From the NCBI GenBank assembly GCA_963663165.1, contig OY760175.1, positions 4,192,001 to 4,256,000 of the forward strand: a DNA stretch of 64,000 bases, written 5' to 3'. Every line of letters starts with the position of its first letter. Position 1 is the first letter of the stretch. Below the pieces are notes generated by a model. That model was given only the letters and a program-made list of their open reading frames with translations, was not told the DNA's origin and made no database searches. This stretch comes from an uncultured Desulfospira sp. (GTDB lineage Bacteria > Desulfobacterota > Desulfobacteria > Desulfobacterales > Desulfobacteraceae). Shown piece after piece: positions 29,609 to 39,692 of this stretch. Made by a program: the position numbers and the translations under genes.

Positions 29609-30211
29609 TCACGCTGCCGCGCCGGTTTCGGCCGCTTCATAGCCCAGTTCAAAGGCCTTGAGGTTCTGGTCCAGAAAGCTTGATTTGACCCGCCGTTTGA
29701 TGGCTTCCATGACATGGTCCCGGGTAAAGGGCAGGGCCCCCATCCGGGTTAAGGCCCCCAGAAGAACGATATTGACGCTCATGGGGCTTCCGGCCTGCTG
29801 GGCCAGTGCCATGGCGTCAAAGGCCACCAGGCCGGCGGTTTTCTTTTTGATCAGCTCCTTGGCAAGTTCTATATCCGGGTACTCGCCCTTGCCGATGGCC
29901 ACGGTAAAGGGGGGCAGGGGTGCCGTGCTGGTCACCACCATGGTGTGGCTGCCGCATTTGTTTAAAGCCCTTAGGGTTTCAGCCGGTTCAAACCCCAGCA
30001 GGATATCGGCCTCGCCATCGGAAATAATGGAGCTTTGGGCGTCTCCGAAGACAATGGCGGATTCCACTACCCCGCCCCGCTGGGCCATGCCGTGAATCTC
30101 ACTCATCCGGACAGGAACCCCTGCAATCAGGGCGGCCTCCCCAAGCACCTTAGAGGCCAAAAGGTTGCCCTGCCCGCCAACAGCTACGATAATCATTCGG
30201 GTTGTTTTCAT
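29609..30211 (-). CDS. iorB: Indolepyruvate:ferredoxin oxidoreductase beta subunit
   Basis: VGGQG, SEIHGMAQRGGVV and NLKAFELG motifs. Confidence 0.92.
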   Translation of the reverse strand: MKTTRMIIVAVGGQGNLLASKVLGEAALIAGVPVRMSEIHGMAQRGGVVESAIVFGDAQSSIISDGEADILLGFEPAETLRALNKCGSHTMVVTSTAPLPPFTVAIGKGEYPDIELAKELIKKKTAGLVAFDAMALAQQAGSPMSVNIVLLGALTRMGALPFTRDHVMEAIKRRVKSSFLDQNLKAFELGYEAAETGAAA

Positions 30212-30230
30212 ATGATACGTTCCTTGCATT

Positions 30231-32081
30231 CTAATTTTTTAAAGGCCTGATGGCGTTTTCAGGACAGATCTGGGCGCAGACAGCGCATCCCACACAGGTG
30301 TTGGCATCAATGGCAGGCCTGCCGTTTTCAATAAAGAACGACGGACAGGCAATGGTGGTGATACAGTCCCGGTGGTTTTTGCATTTGTCTGTTATCATAA
30401 AGGGCCGCGGCGTCATCATCTTCATGGACTTGGCATACAGGACACAGGGCTCTTTGGAGATAATCACCGAAACCCCTTCAAATTCCAGGGCTTCTTTGAT
30501 GGTTTCAATGCTTTTCTTCACCTTGAAAGGCTTGATCACAGAGACATGTTCCACCCCAAGGGCCCGGACCAGCTGTTCAATATTGACCCGGCCGTATCCG
30601 GAAAGGCCGAACTTTTCCATATCCACCCCCGGATGGGGCTGGTGTCCGGTCATGGCCGTGATATCGTTTTCAAGGATCACCAGGGTGTAGTTGTGGTGGT
30701 TGAACACTGCATTGACAAGGCCGGTGATGCCGGAGTGGAAAAAGGTGGAATCCCCGATAAACCCGATGACCTTCTGGTCAGTGGCCTTGGAAAATCCGCC
30801 CGATGAACTGGCCGATGACCCCATGCAGACCACAAAATCCCCCATGCTCAACGGCGGCATGAACCCTAAGGTATAACAGCCGATATCCGTGGGACAGACC
30901 ACGTCCATGCCTTTGGCCGCTTCCTTGACCTCGTAGAAGGTGGCCCTGTGGGAACAGCCCGAACAAAGGTTGGGGGGCCGGTTGGGGATTTCCGGGACAT
31001 CCGAGGTGTCCACGGCCTTTGGGGGGGTATAATCCACCTCAAAAAACAGGGCCATTTTTTCCCTGACCATGGCCGGATCATACTCATACAGCCTGGAAAA
31101 CAAAGTTTTGGATTTTCCCTGAATGGGAATGACAACCCCGGTTTCCTGGGCCATGGCCTTGACGGCCTCTTCCATGAAGGGTTCGCCCTCTTCAATGACC
31201 AGAACCTTTTCACAGCCCTTTATAAAATCTTTGATAAGGCTTTCGGGCAGGGGATTGGTAAGCCCCAGGCGAAGAATTTTTGCCCGGTCTTCCAGGCCAA
31301 GATCATTAACTCCGTCCTGGGCATAATGGAAGCTGACCCCATTGGCGATGATCCCTAAATTTCCCTGGCCTGACACAAAGTTAAATTCAGAAGATTCGGA
31401 AAGTTCCCGGGCCTTGGCCATTTTTTCCAGAAGCTTGGCGTGAAGATTCCTTGAAACCGCCGGCACCGTGACGCATCTTAAAGGGTCCTTGATAAATTTG
31501 CCTTTGGTCTGTCTGGGTTTGATATTTCCTAGTTCCACAAAGGCGTTGGAGTGGTTGATCCTTGTGGTGGTCCTCATGAGAACCGGCTGTTTTAAGGTTT
31601 CAGACAGCTCAAAGGCCTGCTTGATCATATCCTTTGCTTCGGCTACCGATGAGGGCTCCACCATGGGAAGGTTGCCGAACTTTGCATAGTACCGGTTGTC
31701 CTGCTCGTTCTGGCTTGAAAACATGAACGGATCATCGGCCGTCAGAATGACCATGCCGGCCGTGACGCCGACATAGGCCAGGGTCATCAGGGGATCAGCC
31801 GCAACGTTCAGGCCCACATGCTTCATCATGCAAAAGGTTCTTAACCCTGAATTGGCTGCGGCCGCCGCCACTTCAAGGGCCACTTTTTCGTTGGTCGAAT
31901 ATTCAAAATAAAGATCGGTTTCATGGGATATCTGAAACAGGTTAAGAGAGATCTCCGAGGACGGGGTCCCAGGATAGGTGGTGGCAAAGGCCACGCCGGC
32001 TTCAACCGCCCCCCTGACAATGGCTTCATTTCCCAGAAGCATGATGTTTTCACCGGGACTGTCCGTCAGTAGCTTGTGCAT
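30231..32081 (-). CDS. iorA: Indolepyruvate:ferredoxin oxidoreductase alpha subunit
   Basis: LGNEAI, YPGTPSSE, MKHVGLNVAAD, GDSTF and AMTGHQ motifs; C-terminal ferredoxin domain. Confidence 0.95.
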   Translation of the reverse strand: MHKLLTDSPGENIMLLGNEAIVRGAVEAGVAFATTYPGTPSSEISLNLFQISHETDLYFEYSTNEKVALEVAAAAANSGLRTFCMMKHVGLNVAADPLMTLAYVGVTAGMVILTADDPFMFSSQNEQDNRYYAKFGNLPMVEPSSVAEAKDMIKQAFELSETLKQPVLMRTTTRINHSNAFVELGNIKPRQTKGKFIKDPLRCVTVPAVSRNLHAKLLEKMAKARELSESSEFNFVSGQGNLGIIANGVSFHYAQDGVNDLGLEDRAKILRLGLTNPLPESLIKDFIKGCEKVLVIEEGEPFMEEAVKAMAQETGVVIPIQGKSKTLFSRLYEYDPAMVREKMALFFEVDYTPPKAVDTSDVPEIPNRPPNLCSGCSHRATFYEVKEAAKGMDVVCPTDIGCYTLGFMPPLSMGDFVVCMGSSASSSGGFSKATDQKVIGFIGDSTFFHSGITGLVNAVFNHHNYTLVILENDITAMTGHQPHPGVDMEKFGLSGYGRVNIEQLVRALGVEHVSVIKPFKVKKSIETIKEALEFEGVSVIISKEPCVLYAKSMKMMTPRPFMITDKCKNHRDCITTIACPSFFIENGRPAIDANTCVGCAVCAQICPENAIRPLKN

Positions 32082-32139
32082 AGGATTTTGAGTCCTTTCA
32101 GTATGTTATATTTAAAAGTGTTTATGACTTAACAACATG

Positions 32140-32220
32140 GTGTTTGGACGAAGAGTTGCCCAGATGCAAGGCGCAGGGAAAGTTGCAACGCAGCAGATGG
32201 GTGACTTTTCGTTCAAACAC
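32140..32220. repeat. GTGTTTGAACG-ended palindromic repeat, short form
   Basis: GTGTTTGGACG...CGTTCAAACAC with the same arms as 29427-29551. Confidence 0.85.
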
Positions 32221-32224
32221 GGGC

Positions 32225-32560
32225 TTAAGCGTATAGTTTTTCAGCATTCTCCAATGAGGAAGCATACCCCTTAAAGCCTTCAATATCCTCACAGGACTGA
32301 ACCGAACTGGAGGCAAAAAAGCCCTCTACCATGGTCTTCTCCCCGAGGCGGATAAGCCCCATGAACAGAACGGGCACAAGACTGATGTTGTTTTTCCCGG
32401 TCTGGACGGCAAAGTCCAGGGGACTGTGGGTATGGTAAACCGCATAAAGGTTATTGTTCTGGACCGGCATCAGCTGAACAATTTCAGGATGGCCATGATG
32501 ATGGTCGTGGGGGTGATCATGGGAATGATCATGGGAATGGTTGCCGCAATGGTTGCACAT
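32225..32560 (-). CDS. Small protein with Cys/His-rich N-terminus
   Basis: MCNHCGNHSHDHSHDHPHDHHHGH; AAGG RBS. Confidence 0.75.
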   Translation of the reverse strand: MCNHCGNHSHDHSHDHPHDHHHGHPEIVQLMPVQNNNLYAVYHTHSPLDFAVQTGKNNISLVPVLFMGLIRLGEKTMVEGFFASSSVQSCEDIEGFKGYASSLENAEKLYA

Positions 32561-32577
32561 GATTTAAACCTTTCGAT

Positions 32578-32815
32578 TTAGCTGTTAGCGTTAAGCCGTT
32601 AGCGGTTAGCTATTTGGACAAAGCACCGGGCTGAGCACTTGAGCCTGTCCCCAAGGTTCTCGCATTAAATTATAATTTTTATCTATATTCCCAAGGGATT
32701 GCAAGGATCATTTTCGGTGACGCCGGGTTTGACGGTCAGCCGCCGCACATCAGCACCTTCAATGGTTCCATTCTGCCAACCGCTAACAGCTAACGGCTAA
32801 CCGCTAATCGCTAAC
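32578..32815. repeat. Inverted pair of GCTAACR heptamer arrays
   Basis: (GTTAGC) units at 32578-32612 and (GCTAAC) units at 32775-32815. Confidence 0.75.
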
Positions 32816-33735
32816 TACAAATACGACTTAATATTCTCACGGGTAAACCGGTATGCCGAATTGCAGTTATGGCACCGGACTTCGATGGGGAAGGTCTCCT
32901 GTTCCAGGATCTCTTTTTTTTCCTGTTCGGGCAGCCCTTTCAGATAACCGGCCATTTTTTCTAAAGAACACCGGCAGAAAAACTCAACCCTTGAACTGTC
33001 CAGGAGCCGGGGCTTGAGATCTGAAAATTCTCTGGTAACAAGGGCTTCGGGCTCCTCCCCGTCGGCAAAGGCCTGTCCTAGGGAATCAATTTTCTGCAAC
33101 ACCTTTTCGGCCCGGGCCGTATCATCCGGGTCTGCACCGGGCATGGCCTGGAGGAATATGCCGCCGGCGCCCCGGACTTGTTCATTTTCATCAAAATCCA
33201 GGCTGAGCTTGAACCCTGTGGGAATCTGCTCTGAAATCAGAAAATAATTGGCAAGGTCTTCGGCAATGCTGCCGTATTCCATGGCCACCTGCCCGGAATA
33301 GGGCCTGGCCGCCCCTTCAAGATATTTGGTAACGGTCAGTAATCCGGCCCCGAAAAGAGAGGAGAGCCCCTTGACCTGTCCGGGGTTTTCAACCTGGATA
33401 TGGCCGGTTTTTAAAAAGCCCCGGACCTCCCCGAATACATTGGCTTCAACATTGAGTCCCTTGATGGGTCCCGAGCATCCAATGGCCAGTCCCAGCCGTT
33501 CTTTTCCCTTAAGGCCTGAGGTCATCAGGATGGCGGCCATATAGGCCTGGCCCAGCACCAGGGTTTCCAGCGGGCCGAATTCATGGTTGGCCCTCATCTC
33601 GTTGACCATCCTGGTGGCATGAACCACCGCCCCTTTGATCCGGTCCCCGGCCATCATGAACCGGTACATTTTGTCTTTGGCCGACGCCTGGAACTGGGCT
33701 TTGATGTCCCTGTCGAAAATATCTTTTTTAATCAT
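32815..33735 (-). CDS. hslO: Hsp33 redox chaperone
   Basis: YFLISEQIPT, GAGG.FLQAMPG and CRC...CHNC zinc motifs. Confidence 0.92.
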   Translation of the reverse strand: MIKKDIFDRDIKAQFQASAKDKMYRFMMAGDRIKGAVVHATRMVNEMRANHEFGPLETLVLGQAYMAAILMTSGLKGKERLGLAIGCSGPIKGLNVEANVFGEVRGFLKTGHIQVENPGQVKGLSSLFGAGLLTVTKYLEGAARPYSGQVAMEYGSIAEDLANYFLISEQIPTGFKLSLDFDENEQVRGAGGIFLQAMPGADPDDTARAEKVLQKIDSLGQAFADGEEPEALVTREFSDLKPRLLDSSRVEFFCRCSLEKMAGYLKGLPEQEKKEILEQETFPIEVRCHNCNSAYRFTRENIKSYL

Positions 33736-33929
33736 GTCTTTAAATCACCGCATAGCAATTAACAAAACAGCCGGTTTCACCCGAAACCGGCGGGCATTTA
33801 TTCCTTTCCCGCTGCCTGGTCCAGCTATTATAAGGTGTTCATGAAAATTGTAAAGCCGGACAAAGGATCAAGAAGAGGGGAGGAGGCCGGAAACCGAAAA
33901 TCGGAGACCGGATGTTGCGAATTCTTTTA

Positions 33930-34019
33930 TATGAAAGTCTCACTAACATCCTGAGAAGACTTTCGTTTTTTGTTGTGGGCGGTTCTTGGTTGGATAACCA
34001 AGGCGGCCCGTGGCCGTTA
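33930..34019 (+). repeat. REP-like two-hairpin repeat
   Basis: ATGAAAGTCTC..ACTTTC..TGGGCG.TTCTTGGTTGGATAA.CCAAG..CCGTG..GTTA is shared with 57763-57847. Confidence 0.8.
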
Positions 34020-34065
34020 GTGGATATATCGGGGCCCTCCCCCGATTTTCCATTTTCGGTTTTGT

Positions 34066-34106
34066 TTGACAAACTATGTCCTATGGTGTACTTTTTAGTT
34101 GTACAC
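34066..34106 (+). promoter_or_regulatory. Sigma70 promoter and operator of the TA operon
   Basis: TTGACA (34066) - 17 bp - TACTTT (34089); palindrome GTGTAC-N9-GTACAC overlaps the -10. Confidence 0.75.
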
Positions 34107-34127
34107 ATAACGCTAAAGAGGTATGGC

Positions 34128-34364
34128 ATGCCGGAAATAAATGTTAAAGAGGCAAGAAGCAACTTTGCCCTAATCCTTGACCGTGTTGAGAAGGGGGAAG
34201 AAATCGTCATTACCCGCAGGGGTAAACGGGTTGCCCGTATGATCAATTTCAATGAAGACCCCGCACCGCTCGAAAGCCTTGAACAGTTTAGAAACAGTAT
34301 TCATGTTAAAGGAAAGCCCCTAAGCCAGACAGTGATTAACCAGAGAGAAGCCGAACGATATTAA
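34128..34364 (+). CDS. Phd/YefM-family antitoxin
   Basis: INVKEARSNF...GEEIVITRRGKRVARM. Confidence 0.92.
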   Translation: MPEINVKEARSNFALILDRVEKGEEIVITRRGKRVARMINFNEDPAPLESLEQFRNSIHVKGKPLSQTVINQREAERY

Positions 34365-34789
34365 TGGTATACATCGATACAAGTATCCTGGTGGCTTATT
34401 ATTGCCCGGAGAAAATAAGCCACAAGGTTGAAAAAATTCTGATTAAGACCAAAAGGCCGGCCATAAGCCAGCTTACAGAGGTTGAATTGAGCTCTGCTGT
34501 TTCCAGAAAAATCAGGGAAAATGAACTGTCAAAGGATGATGGAAACCGCATTTTATCCGTATTTCAATCCCATAAGGATAAAAACGGTTTTGTTTTTTTG
34601 CCGATACAGCCAAAACATTACTCAATGGCTATGGAATGGATCTCTGCCTTTGATACGCCATTGAGAACATTGGATGCGCTGCACCTTGCTGTTGCCCATA
34701 TTAATAAAATTTCCCTTCTGACAGCGGATATAAAATTTTTTGACTCCGCAAAATTATTGGGCGTAGAAGCCAGTCTTGTTACCCAGTGA
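34364..34789 (+). CDS. vapC: VapC-family PIN toxin
   Basis: YIDTS, LRTLDALHLA and LLTAD motifs; TAATG coupling to the antitoxin. Confidence 0.92.
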   Translation: MVYIDTSILVAYYCPEKISHKVEKILIKTKRPAISQLTEVELSSAVSRKIRENELSKDDGNRILSVFQSHKDKNGFVFLPIQPKHYSMAMEWISAFDTPLRTLDALHLAVAHINKISLLTADIKFFDSAKLLGVEASLVTQ

Positions 34790-34812
34790 TCCCATGACAA
34801 CCAAATTTACGT

Positions 34813-36210
34813 TTAATTCAGTTCAAGCCGGTTGGTGTCTCCGCCTAGGGCCTGGTAAAGGGTCATGAGGTTTTTGAGCTGGTTATACCGGTTTTCGGCC
34901 AGGGACAGGTCGGCGTTTCGCCGGGTTTCCTGCTGGTCCAGCCAGTCCTGGACCCCGGTGGTCCCTTCCCGGTAGCGGACCTGGGCCATGTGCTCGGCTT
35001 TTTTAGCCAACTCCAGGGACTTTCTTAAGGCGGTTTCCTGTTCCATATAATATTTGCGGTCCGACAGGCAGTCGGCCACGTCCTGCAGGGCTTCGTACAG
35101 GGTCTGGCGGAATTCGACCACGGCCTGTTCGTAATCGGTTTCAGCGATTTCCGTGTTGACCTTCATGTCCTGCCACTGGACAAAGGGCAGGCTGACCCCG
35201 GCGCCTAAGGCAGCCACGGGGTTGGACAAAATGTTTAACAGGGTGGTGCTGCTGGTGCCAAGGCTTGCGGTGAGGCTCCAGGTGGGGTAATAGCTTGCCC
35301 GGGTGGCATCGGCATCGGCCCTTAACTTACGAAGCCGCATTTCCGCGGCCTTAAGGTCCGGCCGGTTCCCGAGTACGGCGGCGGGAATGCCGGGGTCAAT
35401 GGCCGGCAGCGGCATGTCTGTCAGCCGTTTGGGGTCGGCCATAATCCCTTCCGGGGCCTGGTTGAACAGGATGGCCAGGGCATGGCGGGCCTGGGCCATC
35501 TGCCGGTTTAAACCGGAAAGCTCGGATTTCTGGCTTTCCACATTCTGCTGCGCCTGGACCAGATCCAGCTCGGAAACCGCCCCGGAGTTGTATTTGGAAC
35601 GGACGATCTTAAGGGTTTCCAGGGTATATGCGATTCCCTCCCGGCTGGTGGTGATGGCCTGGTTCAGGTAGGCGATCTGCCAGTAAAGTTCCGCCGTGGT
35701 GCCGATAAGGGAAAGGGCGGTATTGGCAAGGTCCTGGGCTGTGGCTTTGGCCTCCCATTCAGCAGAGTCCCGGCTGGCGGCCAGCTTTCCCCAGAGGTCG
35801 GGTTCCCAGCTTAAGCCTGTCGAGGTTGAATAACTGTTGGAACGGGTATGGGTTTCCAGGTTTTTCTGGGTACCTGCGCTGGCGCTGGCCGAATAGTCCG
35901 GCCCAAGACCGGTTTGCGCAAGTTCCAGCTGTAAGCGCGCTTTTTTAAGTTTAAAGGCGGCCACCGCCAGATCGTTGTTGGCCTCAAGGGCCCGTACAAT
36001 CAGTTCGTTAAGCTCAGGATCTTCAAATGTCAGCCACCACTGGCCGGCGTCAATGACCTGCTCCCCGCTGGCCGGCAGGATTTCCCATTGAGCCGGTACC
36101 TTGATGTCCGGCTCATGGTAAACCCCCCGGACATCGGCACACCCGCAGCAGAAAAGCACCGGCATGGCCAACATCAGCCAAAATCGCCAGATTTTATAAT
36201 TCATAACCAT
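34813..36210 (-). CDS. Outer-membrane efflux lipoprotein (TolC/NodT family)
   Basis: Lipoprotein signal, WW..FEDPEL, NRPDL and LYQALGG motifs. Confidence 0.9.
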   Translation of the reverse strand: MVMNYKIWRFWLMLAMPVLFCCGCADVRGVYHEPDIKVPAQWEILPASGEQVIDAGQWWLTFEDPELNELIVRALEANNDLAVAAFKLKKARLQLELAQTGLGPDYSASASAGTQKNLETHTRSNSYSTSTGLSWEPDLWGKLAASRDSAEWEAKATAQDLANTALSLIGTTAELYWQIAYLNQAITTSREGIAYTLETLKIVRSKYNSGAVSELDLVQAQQNVESQKSELSGLNRQMAQARHALAILFNQAPEGIMADPKRLTDMPLPAIDPGIPAAVLGNRPDLKAAEMRLRKLRADADATRASYYPTWSLTASLGTSSTTLLNILSNPVAALGAGVSLPFVQWQDMKVNTEIAETDYEQAVVEFRQTLYEALQDVADCLSDRKYYMEQETALRKSLELAKKAEHMAQVRYREGTTGVQDWLDQQETRRNADLSLAENRYNQLKNLMTLYQALGGDTNRLELN

Positions 36211-36262
36211 TATCTCCTTAAGCCGGCCTTGGCCCTCTTGTCTCTAGTCTCCAGTTTCTTGT

Positions 36263-38224
36263 CTATTCCCTTGCCAGGGCCTGAATCGGATCCAGACGGG
36301 CAGCGCCCCGGGCCGGCAGAAACCCGAAAAGCACCCCGATCACCGTTGAACAGGAAAAGGCCGCGACAATGGACAACAGGGAAAACTGCATGGATATGGT
36401 GGTGACAAAGTATGAAAAAATCACCCCCACCCCGAAAGAGAGAAGAATCCCTAAGGTCCCGCCGATCATGCAGACCAGGACGGCTTCGATTAAAAACTGC
36501 TGCATGATATCGGCCTGCCGGGCACCCACGGCCATGCGGATGCCGATCTCTCTTGTCCGTTCGGTCACCGAGACCAGCATGATGTTCATGACCCCGATCC
36601 CGCCGACAATCAAAGAGATCACGGCAATGGACGAGATCAAAAGCGTCAGGGTGGTGGTGGTCTTTTTAACGGTTTTCAGGATGCTGTCCGAGCTTCGGGT
36701 ATAGACATCCTTGGTGCCGTGCCGGGTGGTGAGAAGATGTTCGATGCCCTGCTGGGCAATGTCGTTGGACATGCCCTTGGCCACCCTCACGGTGATGGAG
36801 CTGAAATACCGCTGGCCTGAAATCCGGCTCATGACCGATGTATAGGGCATCCATACGTTGAGGTTCTCATCCTGGAATGCCGAATCCTTTTTGGCGGCCA
36901 CCCCCACAATGATCACGGGCACACTGCCGGCCAGGATGGTCTTGCCTAAGGGATCCCCCCCGTCGGCAAAAAATTTTTTCTTGGTGTTCTGGTCAATGAC
37001 CGCCACCTGGGACAAATTGGTGATGTCCCGCTCCATTAAAGACCGGCCGCTTTCAATGGTAATGTCCTTTACCCTGAAATAGGCCTGGGACACCCCTTTA
37101 ATAGAGGCGTTGGCCACCACATTGCGAAAGCGGACCTCTTTTCCCGAGGCAATATTGGGCGTTAAGCTGTCCACATAAACCTGGGCCTTGAGGGCTTCAA
37201 GGTCCGCCGGGACAAGGGTCTGGACCCGGCCTGACCGGATGTCTCCCCAGCCCGTGCCCGGATAGATGTCAATGGTGTTGGTGCCGATGGAGTTGATGTC
37301 GTCAATCACTTTTTTGCGGGCACCCTGGCCTACGGCCACCACGCTGACCACAGCCATGATGCCGATAATGATCCCGAGCATGGTCAGAAGGGTCCTCATC
37401 CGGTGGGAGGTCATGGCCAGCCACGCCATTTTAAAGGCTTCAAAAAACAGGCCGATCCGGGCCGCAACGGGGTTTTGTTTTCTCAGGGTTTCCGAGGCGC
37501 CTGGTTCTTTTTGAACCGGCACGGTACTGCCGGCTTCGGGGTTGGGCTCGTCAGACAGGATCTCACCGTCGGCAATACGGATAATTCTCTGGGCCCGGGC
37601 CGCGATCAGGGGGTCGTGGGTCACCAGGATAATGGTATGGCCCTGAAGGTGAAGCTCCTTTAGAATGGCCATGACCTCATCCCCGCTCTGGGTGTCCAGG
37701 GCCCCGGTGGGCTCGTCGGCCAGGATGACCCGGCCGCCGTTCATCAGGGACCGGGCAATGCTGACCCGCTGCTGCTGGCCGCCGGAGAGCTGTCCGGGGG
37801 TGTATTCGCCGCGGTCTTCAAGGCCTAACCGTTTGAGCAGGGCTGCGGCCCGGGCGGTCCTTGCCTTTTTGTGGATCCCGGAGTAAACCGCAGGGATTTC
37901 CGTATTTCCCACGGCATCCAGGTGGCTTAAAAGATGGTAGCTCTGGAAGATAAACCCGAAGTGCTCCCGGCGCAGGGCCGCCAGTTCATCGCTGCCCAGG
38001 GTCCCGGTTTCTTCCCCGTTGATTTTGTAGGTGCCGCCGGTGGGCCGGTCAAGGCATCCTAAAATATTCATCAGGGTGGATTTTCCCGATCCCGAGGTGC
38101 CCATGATGGCCACCATTTCACCGGAATGAATCTTCAGGTTAAGCCCCTTTAAAACCTTTACCCGGGTGCCGCCGGAGGGAAAGGATCGCTCAAGCCCCTC
38201 TATTTCAAGTAACGCCGTTGTCAT
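36263..38224 (-). CDS. macB: MacB-type ABC efflux ATPase/permease
   Basis: [16 protein letters not shown] and [18 protein letters not shown] motifs. Confidence 0.95.
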   Translation of the reverse strand: MTTALLEIEGLERSFPSGGTRVKVLKGLNLKIHSGEMVAIMGTSGSGKSTLMNILGCLDRPTGGTYKINGEETGTLGSDELAALRREHFGFIFQSYHLLSHLDAVGNTEIPAVYSGIHKKARTARAAALLKRLGLEDRGEYTPGQLSGGQQQRVSIARSLMNGGRVILADEPTGALDTQSGDEVMAILKELHLQGHTIILVTHDPLIAARAQRIIRIADGEILSDEPNPEAGSTVPVQKEPGASETLRKQNPVAARIGLFFEAFKMAWLAMTSHRMRTLLTMLGIIIGIMAVVSVVAVGQGARKKVIDDINSIGTNTIDIYPGTGWGDIRSGRVQTLVPADLEALKAQVYVDSLTPNIASGKEVRFRNVVANASIKGVSQAYFRVKDITIESGRSLMERDITNLSQVAVIDQNTKKKFFADGGDPLGKTILAGSVPVIIVGVAAKKDSAFQDENLNVWMPYTSVMSRISGQRYFSSITVRVAKGMSNDIAQQGIEHLLTTRHGTKDVYTRSSDSILKTVKKTTTTLTLLISSIAVISLIVGGIGVMNIMLVSVTERTREIGIRMAVGARQADIMQQFLIEAVLVCMIGGTLGILLSFGVGVIFSYFVTTISMQFSLLSIVAAFSCSTVIGVLFGFLPARGAARLDPIQALARE

Positions 38225-38232
38225 GGCTCAAC

Positions 38233-39471
38233 CTACATGGGCGGTGGTCCGCCGCCGCCGCCGGGGGGTGGTCCGCGAAACCCTCTTTTTTTCTTTTTTT
38301 CGTTGCTTTGCTCCGCCTGGACCGCCGATGTTTTGGAGTCTCCCACAATGACCTGTTCCCCTTCTCTGAGTCCTTCAAGGACCTGGACGTAAATATTGTC
38401 CTTTAAGCCCGTCCGGATCATGCGGGGCCGTTCATGGCCGTTTTCAAGCACCCGGACCTCATACCGGTCCTGGCCCATGCTGCTGCCCAGGACGGACAAG
38501 GGGATGGACAGGGCGTTTTTGGCCTCGCCCAGGATGATGGACACCTGGGCTGTCATGAAAATCCGCAGTTTGTGATCCGGGTTGGGGATGTCAAACCGGC
38601 CGTTATAATAGGTGGCCGAAGAGCTCATGGTGGTGGCGGAGGTATCTGAGTCGGTAATGGATTCCGGAGCCGGATCCACGGATTTGAGCTTGCTTTTGTA
38701 AATGGTGTCCGGATCGCCGAGGATGCTGAAGGTGACCGGCATGTCCGGTTTGACCCGGACCACATCGGCTTCGGAGATCAGGGCCTTGACCGTCATGGTG
38801 TTAAGATCGGCCAGGATCAGGAGGGTCGGGGCGCTCTGGGAGGAGACCAGGGTCTGGCCTTCATCGGTTTCAACCGCCACCACCACCCCGTCCATGGGGG
38901 CGGCAATCTGGGTGTAGCCCAGGTTGGTTTTGGCGGTATCCACGGAGATTTCAGCCTGGGTCATCTGGGCATCCAGGGCATCAATTTCCGCTTTGGTGGA
39001 GTCCAGGGTGGCCGCAGCGCTTTCAAGGTCCGCTTTGGCCGAGGCCCGGTCCTTGAACATGGCCTTCTGCCGCTGGTATTCCAGCTCATACTGCTTGAGC
39101 AGGGCCAGCTTGACCCGTTTCTGGGCCTTAATCCGGTAAAGCTCAGCCTGGGCGTCTTTTAAATCATTCTGGGGGACGGACGGGTCAATCACGGCCAGCA
39201 GCTGCCCCTTGGTGACACAATCCCCAAGGCCGACTTTCAAAGACAGGATCTGGCCGGATACCTGGGCGCCCACATCCACCTGCTTGCTGGCATTTAATAC
39301 CCCTGTGGAGGATACGGTTTCCTGGATGGTCTGGCGTACAACCGGCACGGTAACAAATACCGGTTCCGCCGGTTTAAACAGTTTGTCCCGCTCAACCCAG
39401 GCCCCGCCGGCCCCGGCAAGGATGAGAACCAGCAACACAAACGGCCAAATCCGTCGTCTCTTTTTCTTCAT
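38233..39471 (-). CDS. macA: MacA-type periplasmic adaptor
   Basis: VDVGAQVSGQ, IAAPMDG and ISEADV motifs. Confidence 0.92.
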   Translation of the reverse strand: MKKKRRRIWPFVLLVLILAGAGGAWVERDKLFKPAEPVFVTVPVVRQTIQETVSSTGVLNASKQVDVGAQVSGQILSLKVGLGDCVTKGQLLAVIDPSVPQNDLKDAQAELYRIKAQKRVKLALLKQYELEYQRQKAMFKDRASAKADLESAAATLDSTKAEIDALDAQMTQAEISVDTAKTNLGYTQIAAPMDGVVVAVETDEGQTLVSSQSAPTLLILADLNTMTVKALISEADVVRVKPDMPVTFSILGDPDTIYKSKLKSVDPAPESITDSDTSATTMSSSATYYNGRFDIPNPDHKLRIFMTAQVSIILGEAKNALSIPLSVLGSSMGQDRYEVRVLENGHERPRMIRTGLKDNIYVQVLEGLREGEQVIVGDSKTSAVQAEQSNEKKKKRGFRGPPPGGGGGPPPM

Positions 39472-39692
39472 TATATTCAAACCTCTTTTCATCCGGGGCG
39501 TCCCGGCTGAAAAATACCATGGAAATTTAACTGTTATGCCATGGAAATCATAAAGCCGTCCCTTTTTTTAAAGACCCATGGGGACGGCCTTGGGTCCATG
39601 AACAAAAAATCTGTTGTTAAAATAAAATCAGCGCCATTATATTCAATAGATTTCATCAATTAACATAAAATTGACACATTCTGCCTAATTTT

